From the NCBI GenBank assembly GCA_964597525.1, contig CAZQXP010000001.1, forward strand, positions 1 to 47,060: a DNA stretch of 47,060 nt. The letters run 5' to 3'. A program made the translations under genes and the position numbers. This DNA comes from an uncultured Thermotogaceae bacterium. GTDB taxonomy: Bacteria; Bipolaricaulota; Bipolaricaulia; Bipolaricaulales; Bipolaricaulaceae. Below, one piece after another: positions 1-8,945 of the stretch; the first letter of the stretch is position 1, and each line of letters starts with the position of its first letter. Below the pieces are notes generated by a model. That model was not told the origin of the DNA. It made no database searches and saw nothing but the letters and a program-made list of their open reading frames with translations.

Positions 1-166
1 GAATCACCGCGGAAGCTTGGGCCTCCTCCGCTTCCCGAAAGCCGCGCTGAAGATAAGAAACCATGCCCCGGCCGATTTCCCCATCCACTGCCAAAACCCA
101 CACTTCGCCCGCATATCCCGCAAGAACAACCCCCAAGCAAAGGAAAGCCAAAATTTTGGCACGCAT
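1..166 (-). CDS. NfeD-like membrane-bound serine protease, N-terminal fragment (gene continues past window start)
   Basis: Open frame absent from the ORF track because it runs off the edge. ATG at 166..164. Translation MRAKILAFLCLGVVLAGYAGEVWVLAVDGEIGRGMVSYLQRGFREAEEAQASAVI: signal/TM segment followed by a stretch typical of NfeD N-termini. Confidence 0.5.
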   Translation of the reverse strand, partial: MRAKILAFLCLGVVLAGYAGEVWVLAVDGEIGRGMVSYLQRGFREAEEAQASAVI

Positions 167-225
167 CGAACGATTATAGGCCGAGAGGGAAAACCGGGTA
201 CACTGGCGAAGGCGAAGGGAGGAAA

Positions 226-996
226 ATGTGGGCTAGGATCGAAGCCTGGCCGGCATGGGTCTTGGGGCTTCTGGGTGGCCTTGTCATCACCATTTTGAAC
301 GCGTTGGGCGCCCTTTCCGTCTTCTTCTGGCCGAAACCATCGGCCCGGGCCTTGGATAGCATGTTGGGTTTTGCCGCAGGGGTGATGCTCACCGCAAGCT
401 TCACGAGCCTCATCCTTCCGGGCATCGCGGAAGGGGGCCTTGGCCCGGTAATTGTCGGCATTGCCCTCGGCGCCCTTTTCCTTACGCTTTCCGACCGGAT
501 CGTTCCCCACCTGCACCTGGAGCGCGGGGCGGAAGGAATCAGGGGTACGAGGATTCGCGCGGTTTGGCTTTTTATTCTGGCTATTACCCTCCACAACATG
601 CCGGAGGGGCTGGCTGTGGGGGTGGGGCTTGGTTCCGGGGAAATCCGCCGCGGCCTTCAATTGATGCTGGCGATAGGCCTCCAAAACATCCCTGAGGGTT
701 TGGCTGTGTCCGCCAGCGCCCTGAGCGCGGGGATGGGGGGCACCTTCTACGCCGGGATTGTGGGCATAAGGGCCGGGCTTGTGGAAATCCCTTTGGCCCT
801 TTTAGGGGCCCTAGCAGTAGAGGTGGCCCGCCCCATCCTTCCTTACGCCATGGGCTTTGCCGCCGGCGCCATGCTCTACGTGATCTCCGATGAGATCATC
901 CCTGAGACCCACCGCCAAGGACACGAGCGCTTCGCCACCCTGGGCTTCCTTTTGGGAGCAGTGCTGATGCTCGCTTTGGATGTGGCTCTCGCTTAG
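226..996 (+). CDS. ZIP family divalent metal (zinc) transporter
   Basis: 256 aa polytopic membrane protein. ZupT-like motifs: HNMPEGLAVG and LQNIPEGLAVS repeats, GFAAG. GGGAGG RBS upstream of the ATG. Confidence 0.85.
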   Translation: MWARIEAWPAWVLGLLGGLVITILNALGALSVFFWPKPSARALDSMLGFAAGVMLTASFTSLILPGIAEGGLGPVIVGIALGALFLTLSDRIVPHLHLERGAEGIRGTRIRAVWLFILAITLHNMPEGLAVGVGLGSGEIRRGLQLMLAIGLQNIPEGLAVSASALSAGMGGTFYAGIVGIRAGLVEIPLALLGALAVEVARPILPYAMGFAAGAMLYVISDEIIPETHRQGHERFATLGFLLGAVLMLALDVALA

Positions 997-1526
997 CGGC
1001 CTAGGGTTCCGGCGCCCTCGGGAAGGTGCCGCGGGATAAGCATCCCGGGGATTTCGTCGATGTTGTGGAAGTGATCGGAAGCGCGGATGAGTTCTACGGA
1101 GGTGGAGCCGCGGCCCGGCCCCAAAACGGAAACCCTCTTCCCCAACCGACTGAGGTAATCCACAAGCGGGACGAAGTCGGAGTCACCGGTGACCAGGATG
1201 AACTCCTCCACGAAGGGGGCGATGTTCACCGCCTCGAGGACAAGCTCTGTGTCCATATTGGCCTTGAGGCCGCCGTCGGGATGCTCCCGCACGGGTTTGG
1301 CAATCACCCGGAAGCCCATAAAGGAAAGGGCATCGATGAGGCGGATTCGGCGCTCGTCCTCGCGCCGGTAGGGCACAAACGCGAGGAACTTCACCTCCCG
1401 CTCATCGAGGCCGAACTGCGTGAGAATAAAGTCCTTGAGGGCGTCGTAGCGCACCTCAAACCCCTGGCGCTCAAACGTTTCCTGAATGTTTTGCACATCC
1501 ACAAGCACAGCCGCACGCACTTTCAT
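993..1526 (-). CDS. NYN (LabA-like) domain protein, predicted RNase
   Basis: 177 aa. VLVDVQN at the N-terminus and LVTGDSDFVPLV acidic motif typical of the NYN/LabA fold. Confidence 0.75.
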   Translation of the reverse strand: MKVRAAVLVDVQNIQETFERQGFEVRYDALKDFILTQFGLDEREVKFLAFVPYRREDERRIRLIDALSFMGFRVIAKPVREHPDGGLKANMDTELVLEAVNIAPFVEEFILVTGDSDFVPLVDYLSRLGKRVSVLGPGRGSTSVELIRASDHFHNIDEIPGMLIPRHLPEGAGTLGR

Positions 1527-1679
1527 GGCTTATCACCGGAAAAAGCTCAGATGGGCTTTACTGAAGGCCCTGCTTCGGCGACTGAGCTACTTCCACAAAA
1601 ATTTTAGCCCCTCCCTGGGACAGCGCAACCTCGCCCAAAGGGAGGGCGCAGGATAAGATTGCAAGCGAAAGGAGGGCGA

Positions 1680-2051
1680 ATGATCGCCAAAATCCCCGTC
1701 AAGACCAAAAAAAGAGAGGAGGCAGTGGACATCACCGAGGAAGTCCAGCGGGCAATCAAGGAATCCGGCGTGCGCGAGGGTTTCGTCATTATCTATGTGC
1801 CCCACGATGCAGCAGCGGTGAGCATCCACCGGACTTTGGCGGAGGAGGAAGCTCCCAAGCTGGACGAGATGCTTGAGGCGGTGAATCCCGATCGCATTGC
1901 TCCTGAGTACACAAAGGCCGCGCTCGTGGCGCCCACGGAGGTGGGGGTGGTGGTGGATGGGAAAATGGTCCTCGGTGAGGATCAGCGCATTTACTTCTAC
2001 GAGTTTGATGGGCCAAAGGATCGTGTGGTCTACGTGTACGTAGGGGGGTAA
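1680..2051 (+). CDS. YjbQ/UPF0047 family protein (secondary thiamine-phosphate synthase-like)
   Basis: ATG at 1680 preceded by AAGGAGG. Family-like pattern: IxVxTxxREEAVDITxEV, VPHDAAAV and a C-terminal YFYEFDGP block. Confidence 0.75.
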   Translation: MIAKIPVKTKKREEAVDITEEVQRAIKESGVREGFVIIYVPHDAAAVSIHRTLAEEEAPKLDEMLEAVNPDRIAPEYTKAALVAPTEVGVVVDGKMVLGEDQRIYFYEFDGPKDRVVYVYVGG

Positions 2052-2056
2052 ACAGC

Positions 2057-4462
2057 GTGAGGAAAGTTTTGCTTCTACTTTTGCTTTTGCCTTTCGCCGC
2101 TTTCGGGGTAGAGACCCTCATTTTTGTGGAGGAGCCCACGGCGGCGAAAGCGGTGGACATGATTCGCACTGGTGCCCTCGATCTTTTCGGCGCCGGTGTG
2201 GTGGATCCAGCACTTTTGGGAATAATCAAAGCGGATCCGCGGCTTTCCTGTGCCCCCGCTTACACTGCGGTTTGGCATCTCAGCTTCAACCCTGTTGGCC
2301 CTGTTTTCTCCGATGGCCGGTTGAATCCGTTTTCCGATCCCCGGGCGAGGGAGGCCATGAATTGGCTCGTGGATCGCGAGCACATTGTTCAGGAGATCCT
2401 CGCTGGCGCGGGCCTGCCCCAGGCCCTTCCTTTGCGCCCCATTTTTCCCGACTACGCGCGGCTTGCGGAGCACGCAAGGCCTTTGGAATTGGAGTATGCC
2501 TACGACCCCGAACGAGGGAAGACCCAGCTTTTCGAGGTCATGCGGGATTTGGGCGCGGATTTTGTTGACGGCCGCTGGTTTTACCGGGGTGTGCCAGTAG
2601 AGATCCGTTTTCTCATCCGCACCGATGCCCGGCGGCCCCTTGGTGACTATGTGGCAAGAGTCCTGGAGAGCTTGGGCTTTTCCGTCCGCCCGATTTATGC
2701 GGGGTACTCCGAGGCGTTACGGATACTTTCCGCCCCACCGGAGGAGGGGCTTTGGCATCTTTACACCAATAGTCTCGTGGTTTCGGTCATCGAGCGTGAC
2801 GAAGCTGCGACCTTCCAGCTCAACTACACCCCGGCTTTTCCCTATCCGCCTTGGCAGTATTTGCGACCCGATTCGGAGCTTGCGGAGGTGGCAGAAAGGT
2901 TAGCTCGGGGCGATTACAAGGATTTCGCGGAACGCACGGCCCTTATGGCGAAAGCATTGGAGCTGAGCATGCGGGATTCTTCCCAAGTTTGGCTTGCTGT
3001 GCGTTCTTCTTGCTACCCGCATTCCGCGGATTTAGCGCTTTCCGTGGACCTCGCCGCCGGCCTTTCCACGGGCATTTGGGCCCGCACCCTCCGCGCGGAA
3101 AAAGAAGGGGTGAAGATCGCCCTTCCTTCGTTGCTTTCAGCTCCCCTCAATCCTGTGGCGGGCTCCTTCACCGTTTACGATCAGACCATCATCCGGGCAA
3201 CCACCGATTACGCCCTTCTTCCCGACCCCTATAGCGGGCTTTACATTCCGCTGGATTTGGTGAACGCCGAGGTACACGCGGCCCAGGGTGAAACTATCGA
3301 GAAAACTTGCGACTGGGTGGAGCTTAATTTCCTGCCGGAGATCTCCGTCCCTCAAGAGGCTTGGCTTTTATGGAGCGCCAAAGAAGGAAGGTTCCAAACC
3401 GTGGGCGAGCTCCACCCAGAGGGTCTTAAGGCGCGGTTCAAAGTGGTGCTCTTCTTCCGTCCCGATCTTTGGGAGAAGACTTGGCATGATGGGACGCATT
3501 TTTCCCTTGGGGACTTTCTCCTGCGGTTTATTCTCCTTTTTGACCGTGCTGATCCGCAAAGTCCGCTTTTCGATGAAAGCGCCGTTCCCGCATTTCAGAC
3601 GTTCCGCGCGCACTTTCGCGGGCTTTTAATTCGCAGCGTGGATCCTCTGGTGGTGGAGGTTTATACGGACCTCAAGTTTCTGGATGCCGAGTGGATTGTG
3701 GCCAAAGCCGCGGACCTCATCTACCCAGCTTACGAAAGGGGTCCTGGCCCCTGGCACGTGCTTGCTCTCCTCCTTTTGAGCGAAGAGAAGGGGAAACTCG
3801 CCCTTTCCCCAAGCAAAGCGAAAGCCTTGGGTTTAGAGTGGGGCAGTCTCCTCACTGGACCAAGCTTGGAAATCCTTTCAGAGCTTTTGCGGTTTGCTCT
3901 GGAAAACGGCTTTCTTCCGTACGTCGACTTTTTGAAGAGATATATCGCCGAAGAAGAGGTGAAAGAACGATACGCAGCCTTGGCGCGTTTTTACCAAGAA
4001 AAAGGACACTTTTGGGTGGGGAACGGGCCATTTTACGTGGACCTCGTGAAACCCGTGGAAAAGGTCTTGATTTTGCGGCGGTGGCCAGGCCATCTCGACC
4101 GGCCGGAAGGTTGGAAGAATTGGGAGAGGTTGTCCGTTCCTTGGATAGCCATCGACGGTCCCACCTTGGTGGAGGCCGGCGCGGAGGCCGTCTTTTCTCT
4201 TGTCCTTTACCAGGACGATGGTCCCCTTTCTCCTGCCGATGTGCTTTTAGCCAAATACCTCCTTTTTGATGCAGAAAAGCGGCTTGTGGACTGGGGGTTT
4301 GTGGAAAGCGTTCAGGATCACTTTGAGGTGAAGCTCGGGCCGGAGGTTTTGCGCAGGGTTTCCGGGGGCCCGGCGCGGCTCGAGGTGGTGGTGGCGCTCC
4401 GGGGGATGGCCTTCTCCGTTTGGGGGTCGTGGACGTTCACGGTGCTCCGGAGCGGAGGTTGA
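2057..4462 (+). CDS. Extracellular solute-binding protein, family 5 (peptide/nickel/oligosaccharide type), oversized
   Basis: GTG start. Signal peptide MRKVLLLLLLLPFAAFG. N-terminal two thirds resemble family-5 SBPs. 801 aa with a long C-terminal extension. No permease or ATPase genes adjacent. Confidence 0.65.
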   Translation: MRKVLLLLLLLPFAAFGVETLIFVEEPTAAKAVDMIRTGALDLFGAGVVDPALLGIIKADPRLSCAPAYTAVWHLSFNPVGPVFSDGRLNPFSDPRAREAMNWLVDREHIVQEILAGAGLPQALPLRPIFPDYARLAEHARPLELEYAYDPERGKTQLFEVMRDLGADFVDGRWFYRGVPVEIRFLIRTDARRPLGDYVARVLESLGFSVRPIYAGYSEALRILSAPPEEGLWHLYTNSLVVSVIERDEAATFQLNYTPAFPYPPWQYLRPDSELAEVAERLARGDYKDFAERTALMAKALELSMRDSSQVWLAVRSSCYPHSADLALSVDLAAGLSTGIWARTLRAEKEGVKIALPSLLSAPLNPVAGSFTVYDQTIIRATTDYALLPDPYSGLYIPLDLVNAEVHAAQGETIEKTCDWVELNFLPEISVPQEAWLLWSAKEGRFQTVGELHPEGLKARFKVVLFFRPDLWEKTWHDGTHFSLGDFLLRFILLFDRADPQSPLFDESAVPAFQTFRAHFRGLLIRSVDPLVVEVYTDLKFLDAEWIVAKAADLIYPAYERGPGPWHVLALLLLSEEKGKLALSPSKAKALGLEWGSLLTGPSLEILSELLRFALENGFLPYVDFLKRYIAEEEVKERYAALARFYQEKGHFWVGNGPFYVDLVKPVEKVLILRRWPGHLDRPEGWKNWERLSVPWIAIDGPTLVEAGAEAVFSLVLYQDDGPLSPADVLLAKYLLFDAEKRLVDWGFVESVQDHFEVKLGPEVLRRVSGGPARLEVVVALRGMAFSVWGSWTFTVLRSGG

Positions 4463-4488
4463 CGGAAAAGCGTCTGTCCCGGTAGGAT
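4459..4488 (+). promoter_or_regulatory. Candidate sigma70-type promoter for the tRNA pair
   Basis: TTGACG (4459..4464), 18 nt spacer, TAGGAT (4483..4488). It overlaps the SBP stop codon. The predicted transcription start falls a few nt before tRNA position 1. Confidence 0.3.
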
Positions 4489-4497
4489 TAAGTGGAC

Positions 4498-4573
4498 TGC
4501 CCGGTAGCTCAGTTGGCAGAGCGGCCGGCTGTTAACCGGCGGGCCGAGGGTTCGAGTCCCTCCCGGGCAGCCA
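4498..4573 (+). tRNA. tRNA-Asn (anticodon GTT), CCA encoded
   Basis: Hand-folded cloverleaf: acceptor TGCCCGG/CCGGGCA, D arm GCTC..GAGC, anticodon stem GCCGG/CCGGC with loop CTGTTAA, T arm GAGGG-TTCGAGT-CCCTC, discriminator G, CCA. 76 nt. Confidence 0.9.
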
Positions 4574-4647
<74 letters not shown>

Positions 4648-4653
4648 TTTTTT

Positions 4654-5400
4654 TCATGCAAAGCTCAGCCTCCTCAAATCTGGTAAAACCGCGTCAGCCA
4701 GGGGGCTAAGTTCCTCGTGTTGGCCCAGTCCTGTAAGAACTCCTAATGCAGCCCGACAGCCGGCGGCGCGGCCGGCCTGAAGGTCCATGGCCGTGTCTCC
4801 CAATACGACCCCTCCCTTCGGGGAAACCCGAAGAAGTGTGCAGGCCTTCCAAATAGGATCCGGAGCGGGTTTCCTTACGGAACACACGTCAAGGCCCACG
4901 ACCGTGTCCACGAGTTCTTCCCACCCCAAAGCGCGGAAATGTTGCCATGCCGCAGAGGCCAGATCATGCGTGACGATCCCAACTTTCCCGCCCGCCCTTT
5001 TGATCGCTTTCAAGGTTTCTTCCGCGCCGGGCGTGGGTTTGATGTAACGCACAAAAGGGAAGTCCTCATCAACCTCTGCAAAGATCCTCTTCACCAGAGC
5101 CAGAAGATTGTCCGGCGTTTCTCCCAGCATCTCCGCGAGAAAACGGGATGTAGCTTCTTCTGCTTCCGGCCGAGGAAGGGGGATGATCCCCCAATTTCCG
5201 GCCTGGCCGCGATCCACTCCCATGAATTGGGCCAATAATGCGGCTTGCTTTTGGGAGAGCCCCAAGGCGGAACTCAAGCGCCGCGCCCGCTCGGCCATCA
5301 CGGAAAACCAGTGGTCAAAGGTAATCAGTGTCCCGTCCTTATCGAACAGGAAAGCCTCGCCTTGGAAAGGTCGACCATCGGCCCAAAACCTCACAAGCAT
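4654..5400 (-). CDS. HAD-superfamily hydrolase (phosphatase)
   Basis: Motif I FLFDKDGTLI. Motif IV-like LGDTAMDLQAGRAAG. Start chosen at MLVRF (5400), because the upstream part of the ORF has no family resemblance. Confidence 0.7.
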   Translation of the reverse strand: MLVRFWADGRPFQGEAFLFDKDGTLITFDHWFSVMAERARRLSSALGLSQKQAALLAQFMGVDRGQAGNWGIIPLPRPEAEEATSRFLAEMLGETPDNLLALVKRIFAEVDEDFPFVRYIKPTPGAEETLKAIKRAGGKVGIVTHDLASAAWQHFRALGWEELVDTVVGLDVCSVRKPAPDPIWKACTLLRVSPKGGVVLGDTAMDLQAGRAAGCRAALGVLTGLGQHEELSPLADAVLPDLRRLSFA

Positions 5401-5525
5401 AGGCACAAATCTATGCCTTTTCTCTTCCAGCCGCAACGAAGTGGAGCACATTACGGACAAAAGTGAGGGGAAGCGATCCCGCAAGTTCCAGGAAAACCTT
5501 AGCCCTCATAGTAAAGTCGGCGGCG

Positions 5526-6587
5526 ATGAAAACCTGCCTTTTCGTTCTCCTTGGACTCGTAACCCTCTTTCTTTTGAGTTTGGCTTTCCTGGCCCAGGCT
5601 CCAAGTCCCCAGGAGATCCCCAATCCCCAAGTGGAGACGCAAGTTGAGCTTGTTAAGGCCCATCCTCAGCAGAGCTCGATTCACGGGAAAAAGGGCGTTT
5701 ATCTTTCGGCTTACGCTGCCGGGAATTCTGCGATTCTCAGCGAAGTTCTTGCGCAAAGCTTCCGATTCGGCCTAAACGCCATCGTGATCGATGTTAAAAA
5801 CAACGAGGGCGAGGTGTGCTATCCCTCTCAAGTTCCCCAAGCCCGGGCCATAGGTGCGGTGCGGCCGGTGCTCGATTTAGCGAGGCTGGTCCAGGAGCTG
5901 CATCAACGCGGATTCTATGTGATTGCACGGCAGGTGGTCTTCTACGATCCCATTTTGGCCAAAAGCCTCGGAGTTCCCACCTCGCCTTGGGTTCTTCCCA
6001 CCGAGGCGGAGGCGGTGAGCTACAACCTCGCGATTGCGAAGGAAGTCGAGGGGCTAGGTGTGGATGAGATCCAGTTCGACTACATTCGTTTTCCCGACGA
6101 CGGTCCCATTGGTCCGAGCTATTCAGCCCGTTGCGAGGCGGTGGAGGCCTTTCTTTCCAAAGCCAAAAGTTTTCTTTCTGTCCCCATTTCCGTGGATGTG
6201 TACGGCAGGGTGATGTGGCCCTGGAATGCTCAAAAGATCGACCCCATAGGACAGCATCTTGAGGGCATTGCGAGGATTGTGGATGTGGTTTCGCCCATGC
6301 TTTATCCCTCCCACTTTGTGGAACCGGAGCTCAAGGCCGATCCCTATGGCACGGTTTTGCGCACGATGAGGCATGGGAAAGCCCGCGTCGAGGTGCCGTT
6401 GCGCCCTTATCTTCAGGCGTTTTCCATGGCAATTCCCTCTGGAATGAGCCTTCCCGCGTACATCTTGGCCCAGATGAAAGCGGCGGAGGAGAGCGGGGCC
6501 GACGGTTACCTCTTTTGGAACCCAAGGGCCGATTACTCCGGTCTTTGGGAAGCCCTGAATTTGGCCCAAAAGGAGCGCGGGCCGTAA
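5526..6587 (+). CDS. Putative glycoside-hydrolase-like TIM-barrel protein (DUF4015 family), secreted or membrane-anchored
   Basis: N-terminal hydrophobic segment MKTCLFVLLGLVTLFLLSLAFLAQA. The stretch GVYLSAYAAG...LNAIVIDVKNNEGEVCYPS resembles the DUF4015 putative glycosyl hydrolase domain. Start uncertain (5463 or 5526). Confidence 0.6.
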   Translation: MKTCLFVLLGLVTLFLLSLAFLAQAPSPQEIPNPQVETQVELVKAHPQQSSIHGKKGVYLSAYAAGNSAILSEVLAQSFRFGLNAIVIDVKNNEGEVCYPSQVPQARAIGAVRPVLDLARLVQELHQRGFYVIARQVVFYDPILAKSLGVPTSPWVLPTEAEAVSYNLAIAKEVEGLGVDEIQFDYIRFPDDGPIGPSYSARCEAVEAFLSKAKSFLSVPISVDVYGRVMWPWNAQKIDPIGQHLEGIARIVDVVSPMLYPSHFVEPELKADPYGTVLRTMRHGKARVEVPLRPYLQAFSMAIPSGMSLPAYILAQMKAAEESGADGYLFWNPRADYSGLWEALNLAQKERGP

Positions 6588-6608
6588 AATGAGGCCAAAG
6601 GGGGCGGG

Positions 6609-7649
6609 ATGCGCGGGATTTTCGTGATCCTTCTTGCTCTTTTCGTGGGGGTAGGAAATGCCCAGCTCTATCCTAATTCGACAGATTTTAGTTGCACCGG
6701 TGAAACGCGCGGGGATTTCTGTTGGCTTTCGGACGCAAGGATGTACACCGTTGCGCGCTGGCATTTTGAGAACGTACGTTTTGGGGAATGGACGTTGGTC
6801 CTCGAGGGCGTAGGCCATGATCCGTGTGCCACCTGTAGCATAGGCCGCGATATTACCGTTCAGGTTTTTTGGCGTGAATCTCCTGATCAGCCTTGGAATT
6901 GGACCTTTGTGGTGCTTCAAAACATTACTCCTGAAGCGGGGCCTTTGGGGTACAAAGTGCGGGCGGAGCTGCCCCTGAGACTTCAGGGGCGGGAGCTTTG
7001 GGTGCTGGTTCGGCGGGCTGTCCTTTGCGATCCTTATCCCGGCTTTTCCTGGGACTCCGCGTATCTTTTGGCCCCCAAGCTCCCGGAGCCCCCACCGCTT
7101 CCCCCAACCCTGGAAGTCCCACTTCCTCCACCTCCGCCTCCTCCGCCCCCGGTTGCCAAATGCCAAATCGGGCCTTTGTTCGCCTGCGAGCCAAGCGGCC
7201 TTCCCGTGGAGTGCGTTCCGGAAGGGGTGGATTTGGGGACCATAACGAGGGGAAAGCTTCTGGATACCTACGGTCCAGGGGATGCCCAGGCCCTAGATGT
7301 CGGGCACTACGCGGGCGAGATTTCCGAGGGAGATTACCAGGACTGGTATAAATTCGCTGTGCTCAAAGGTGAGGCGCGGCTCGTCTATTTCAAGGTCAGT
7401 CCAGGCCTCACCGTGGACCTTTACCTCGTCCATGATCCCTGTGGCACGGACCTCGGTGTTTGTTTGAACGTGCAAAACGAGGCCGTCCTTTATGCGCCCT
7501 GTCAAGCAGGTGTGGAGTGTGTGACTCTCCCTGATGGACCCACGGAATGTTTTCGGGGTCCCACCTGTGGCTTTTTTATCCGGGTGGTTCACAAAAGCGG
7601 CGCTGGGACTTATTTCATCTCCATTTTGCCGGCGGAAATAAAGCCTTAA
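6609..7649 (+). CDS. Secreted Cys-rich two-domain protein with polyproline linker; C-terminal domain resembles a pre-peptidase C-terminal (PPC) fold
   Basis: Signal peptide MRGIFVILLALFVGVGNA. Linker PEPPPLPPTLEVPLPPPPPPPPPV. C-terminal GDYQDWYKF...VYFKV...LYLV pattern resembles PPC domains. Many Cys residues. Confidence 0.5.
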   Translation: MRGIFVILLALFVGVGNAQLYPNSTDFSCTGETRGDFCWLSDARMYTVARWHFENVRFGEWTLVLEGVGHDPCATCSIGRDITVQVFWRESPDQPWNWTFVVLQNITPEAGPLGYKVRAELPLRLQGRELWVLVRRAVLCDPYPGFSWDSAYLLAPKLPEPPPLPPTLEVPLPPPPPPPPPVAKCQIGPLFACEPSGLPVECVPEGVDLGTITRGKLLDTYGPGDAQALDVGHYAGEISEGDYQDWYKFAVLKGEARLVYFKVSPGLTVDLYLVHDPCGTDLGVCLNVQNEAVLYAPCQAGVECVTLPDGPTECFRGPTCGFFIRVVHKSGAGTYFISILPAEIKP

Positions 7650-8384
7650 GTGATCCTGATTGGGCTTGACCTCGCCTGGTCCTCCGCCAACCCTTCCGCG
7701 GCGGTGGCTTTGGCTTGGGATGGGCAAGTGGCTCGGCCCTCTCTTTGGGCGGATCGCCTCTTTTCCGATGAGGAAATTTTGGGGTTTTTAGAAAAAGCGG
7801 CCCCCACAGGGCCCGCCCTTTTAGCGGTGGATGCGCCCCTTTTGGTTCCCAATGAGAGTGGGGCGCGGCCTTGTGATCGGGAGCTTTCGGGGTTTTATCG
7901 GAGGGCCAAAGCCATGGCCTATCCCGCCAATCGCCGCCGAGTTCTGCGCGGAGAGCAACTGGTAGGGAAATTGAGTAGGTTAGGGTTTTCCCATCGGGCT
8001 AAGGTGGAGACCCGAAAGCCCGTGCGCCAAGTGGTGGAGGTCTTTCCCCATCCCGCGATGGTGGAGCTCTTCGGCCTGCCCGAAATCCTTCAGTACAAAG
8101 CCCGGCCTGGTCGCTCCCTCGAATTCCGTTGGGCGGAGCTTTCCCGCTACCAAGAGCTTTTGCGCTCCTTAAGCAAGGCTGAACCCGCCATGGAAGCGGA
8201 GGAGATTTTGTCCCTTAAACCTCAGGGTCTGCGGGGGAGGGGCCTCAAGGCCCTTGAGGACTTGCTCGACGCCCTTTTTTGCGCGTACATCGCCCTCCAC
8301 GTTTGGTACTGGGGCCCAAGAGGCTACCGCCTCTTTGGGGACGAAAAAACCGGGTACATCCTTGTTCCTATCCGGCCGACTTGA
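7650..8384 (+). CDS. DUF429 family protein (predicted RNase H-fold)
   Basis: GTG start immediately after the upstream TAA. ILIGLDLAW...LLAVDAPLLVPN...RxCD pattern typical of DUF429. Confidence 0.6.
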   Translation: MILIGLDLAWSSANPSAAVALAWDGQVARPSLWADRLFSDEEILGFLEKAAPTGPALLAVDAPLLVPNESGARPCDRELSGFYRRAKAMAYPANRRRVLRGEQLVGKLSRLGFSHRAKVETRKPVRQVVEVFPHPAMVELFGLPEILQYKARPGRSLEFRWAELSRYQELLRSLSKAEPAMEAEEILSLKPQGLRGRGLKALEDLLDALFCAYIALHVWYWGPRGYRLFGDEKTGYILVPIRPT

Positions 8385-8387
8385 GAT

Positions 8388-8945
8388 ATGCGCAAGATAC
8401 CCAACGAGGAGAAAGTAAAGCGGTGGAGAAGTTCCCGGCCTCCTCAGCGCTTTCCCATCGTTGCGGTTTTAGACAATCTCCGCAGTGCCTATAACGTGGG
8501 TTCCATCTTTCGCACAGCAGAATGCGCCTACATTTCTGAGGTCGTCCTCTGTGGGATCACCGCCTGTCCTCCCCACAAAGAGGTGGAAAAGACGGCCCTG
8601 GGCGCGACAAAAATGATTCCCTGGCGGTACTTTTCCGACACTTTGGAAGCCATAAGGGCCCTAAAAGCGGAAGGTTGGCACATCGCCTCCTTAGAGATCA
8701 CCGATGCCAGCATTCCCGTCCAGGCCGTGGATCCAAAGCTTTTTCCCTTGGCTTTGATCGTGGGGAACGAGGTGACCGGCGTGGACGAAAGGGTCTTGGC
8801 GGAATCCGAGGCCATTTTGGAAGTCCCTCAATACGGAGAAAAGGAGTCCCTGAACGTGGCTGTGGCCTTCGGAGTGGCGGTGTTTTTCCTCGTGGAGAGG
8901 TGGCGGGCTATTCAAGGCCTAAGTAGTTTTTCTGGGTCGGAGTGA
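8388..8945 (+). CDS. SpoU/TrmH family RNA 2'-O-methyltransferase
   Basis: Motifs NLRSAYNVGSIFRTAE, LIVGNEVTGV and SLNVAVAFGVAVF (SPOUT knot). Confidence 0.8.
   Translation: MRKIPNEEKVKRWRSSRPPQRFPIVAVLDNLRSAYNVGSIFRTAECAYISEVVLCGITACPPHKEVEKTALGATKMIPWRYFSDTLEAIRALKAEGWHIASLEITDASIPVQAVDPKLFPLALIVGNEVTGVDERVLAESEAILEVPQYGEKESLNVAVAFGVAVFFLVERWRAIQGLSSFSGSE

Noticed and set aside
4-684. 226-aa minus-strand ORF overlapping the ZIP transporter gene
   Set aside because: The ZIP reading frame has clear family motifs. The real minus-strand gene at the window edge is in a different frame (the NfeD-like fragment, 1..166).
1527-1679. Structured RNA or riboswitch in the NYN / YjbQ divergent intergenic region (CCCTCCCT...AGGGAGGG inverted repeat)
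   Set aside because: There is a single 8-bp stem with a ~24-nt loop and no resemblance to any riboswitch class I know. The 3' arm overlaps a purine-rich, SD-like stretch, so it is more simply promoter/RBS sequence.
6123-7166. 347-aa minus-strand ORF spanning the DUF4015 gene end and the secreted-protein gene
   Set aside because: It is antisense to two better-supported genes. The product is highly basic and Pro/Arg/Gly-rich with no motifs. It crosses an intergenic RBS on the other strand.
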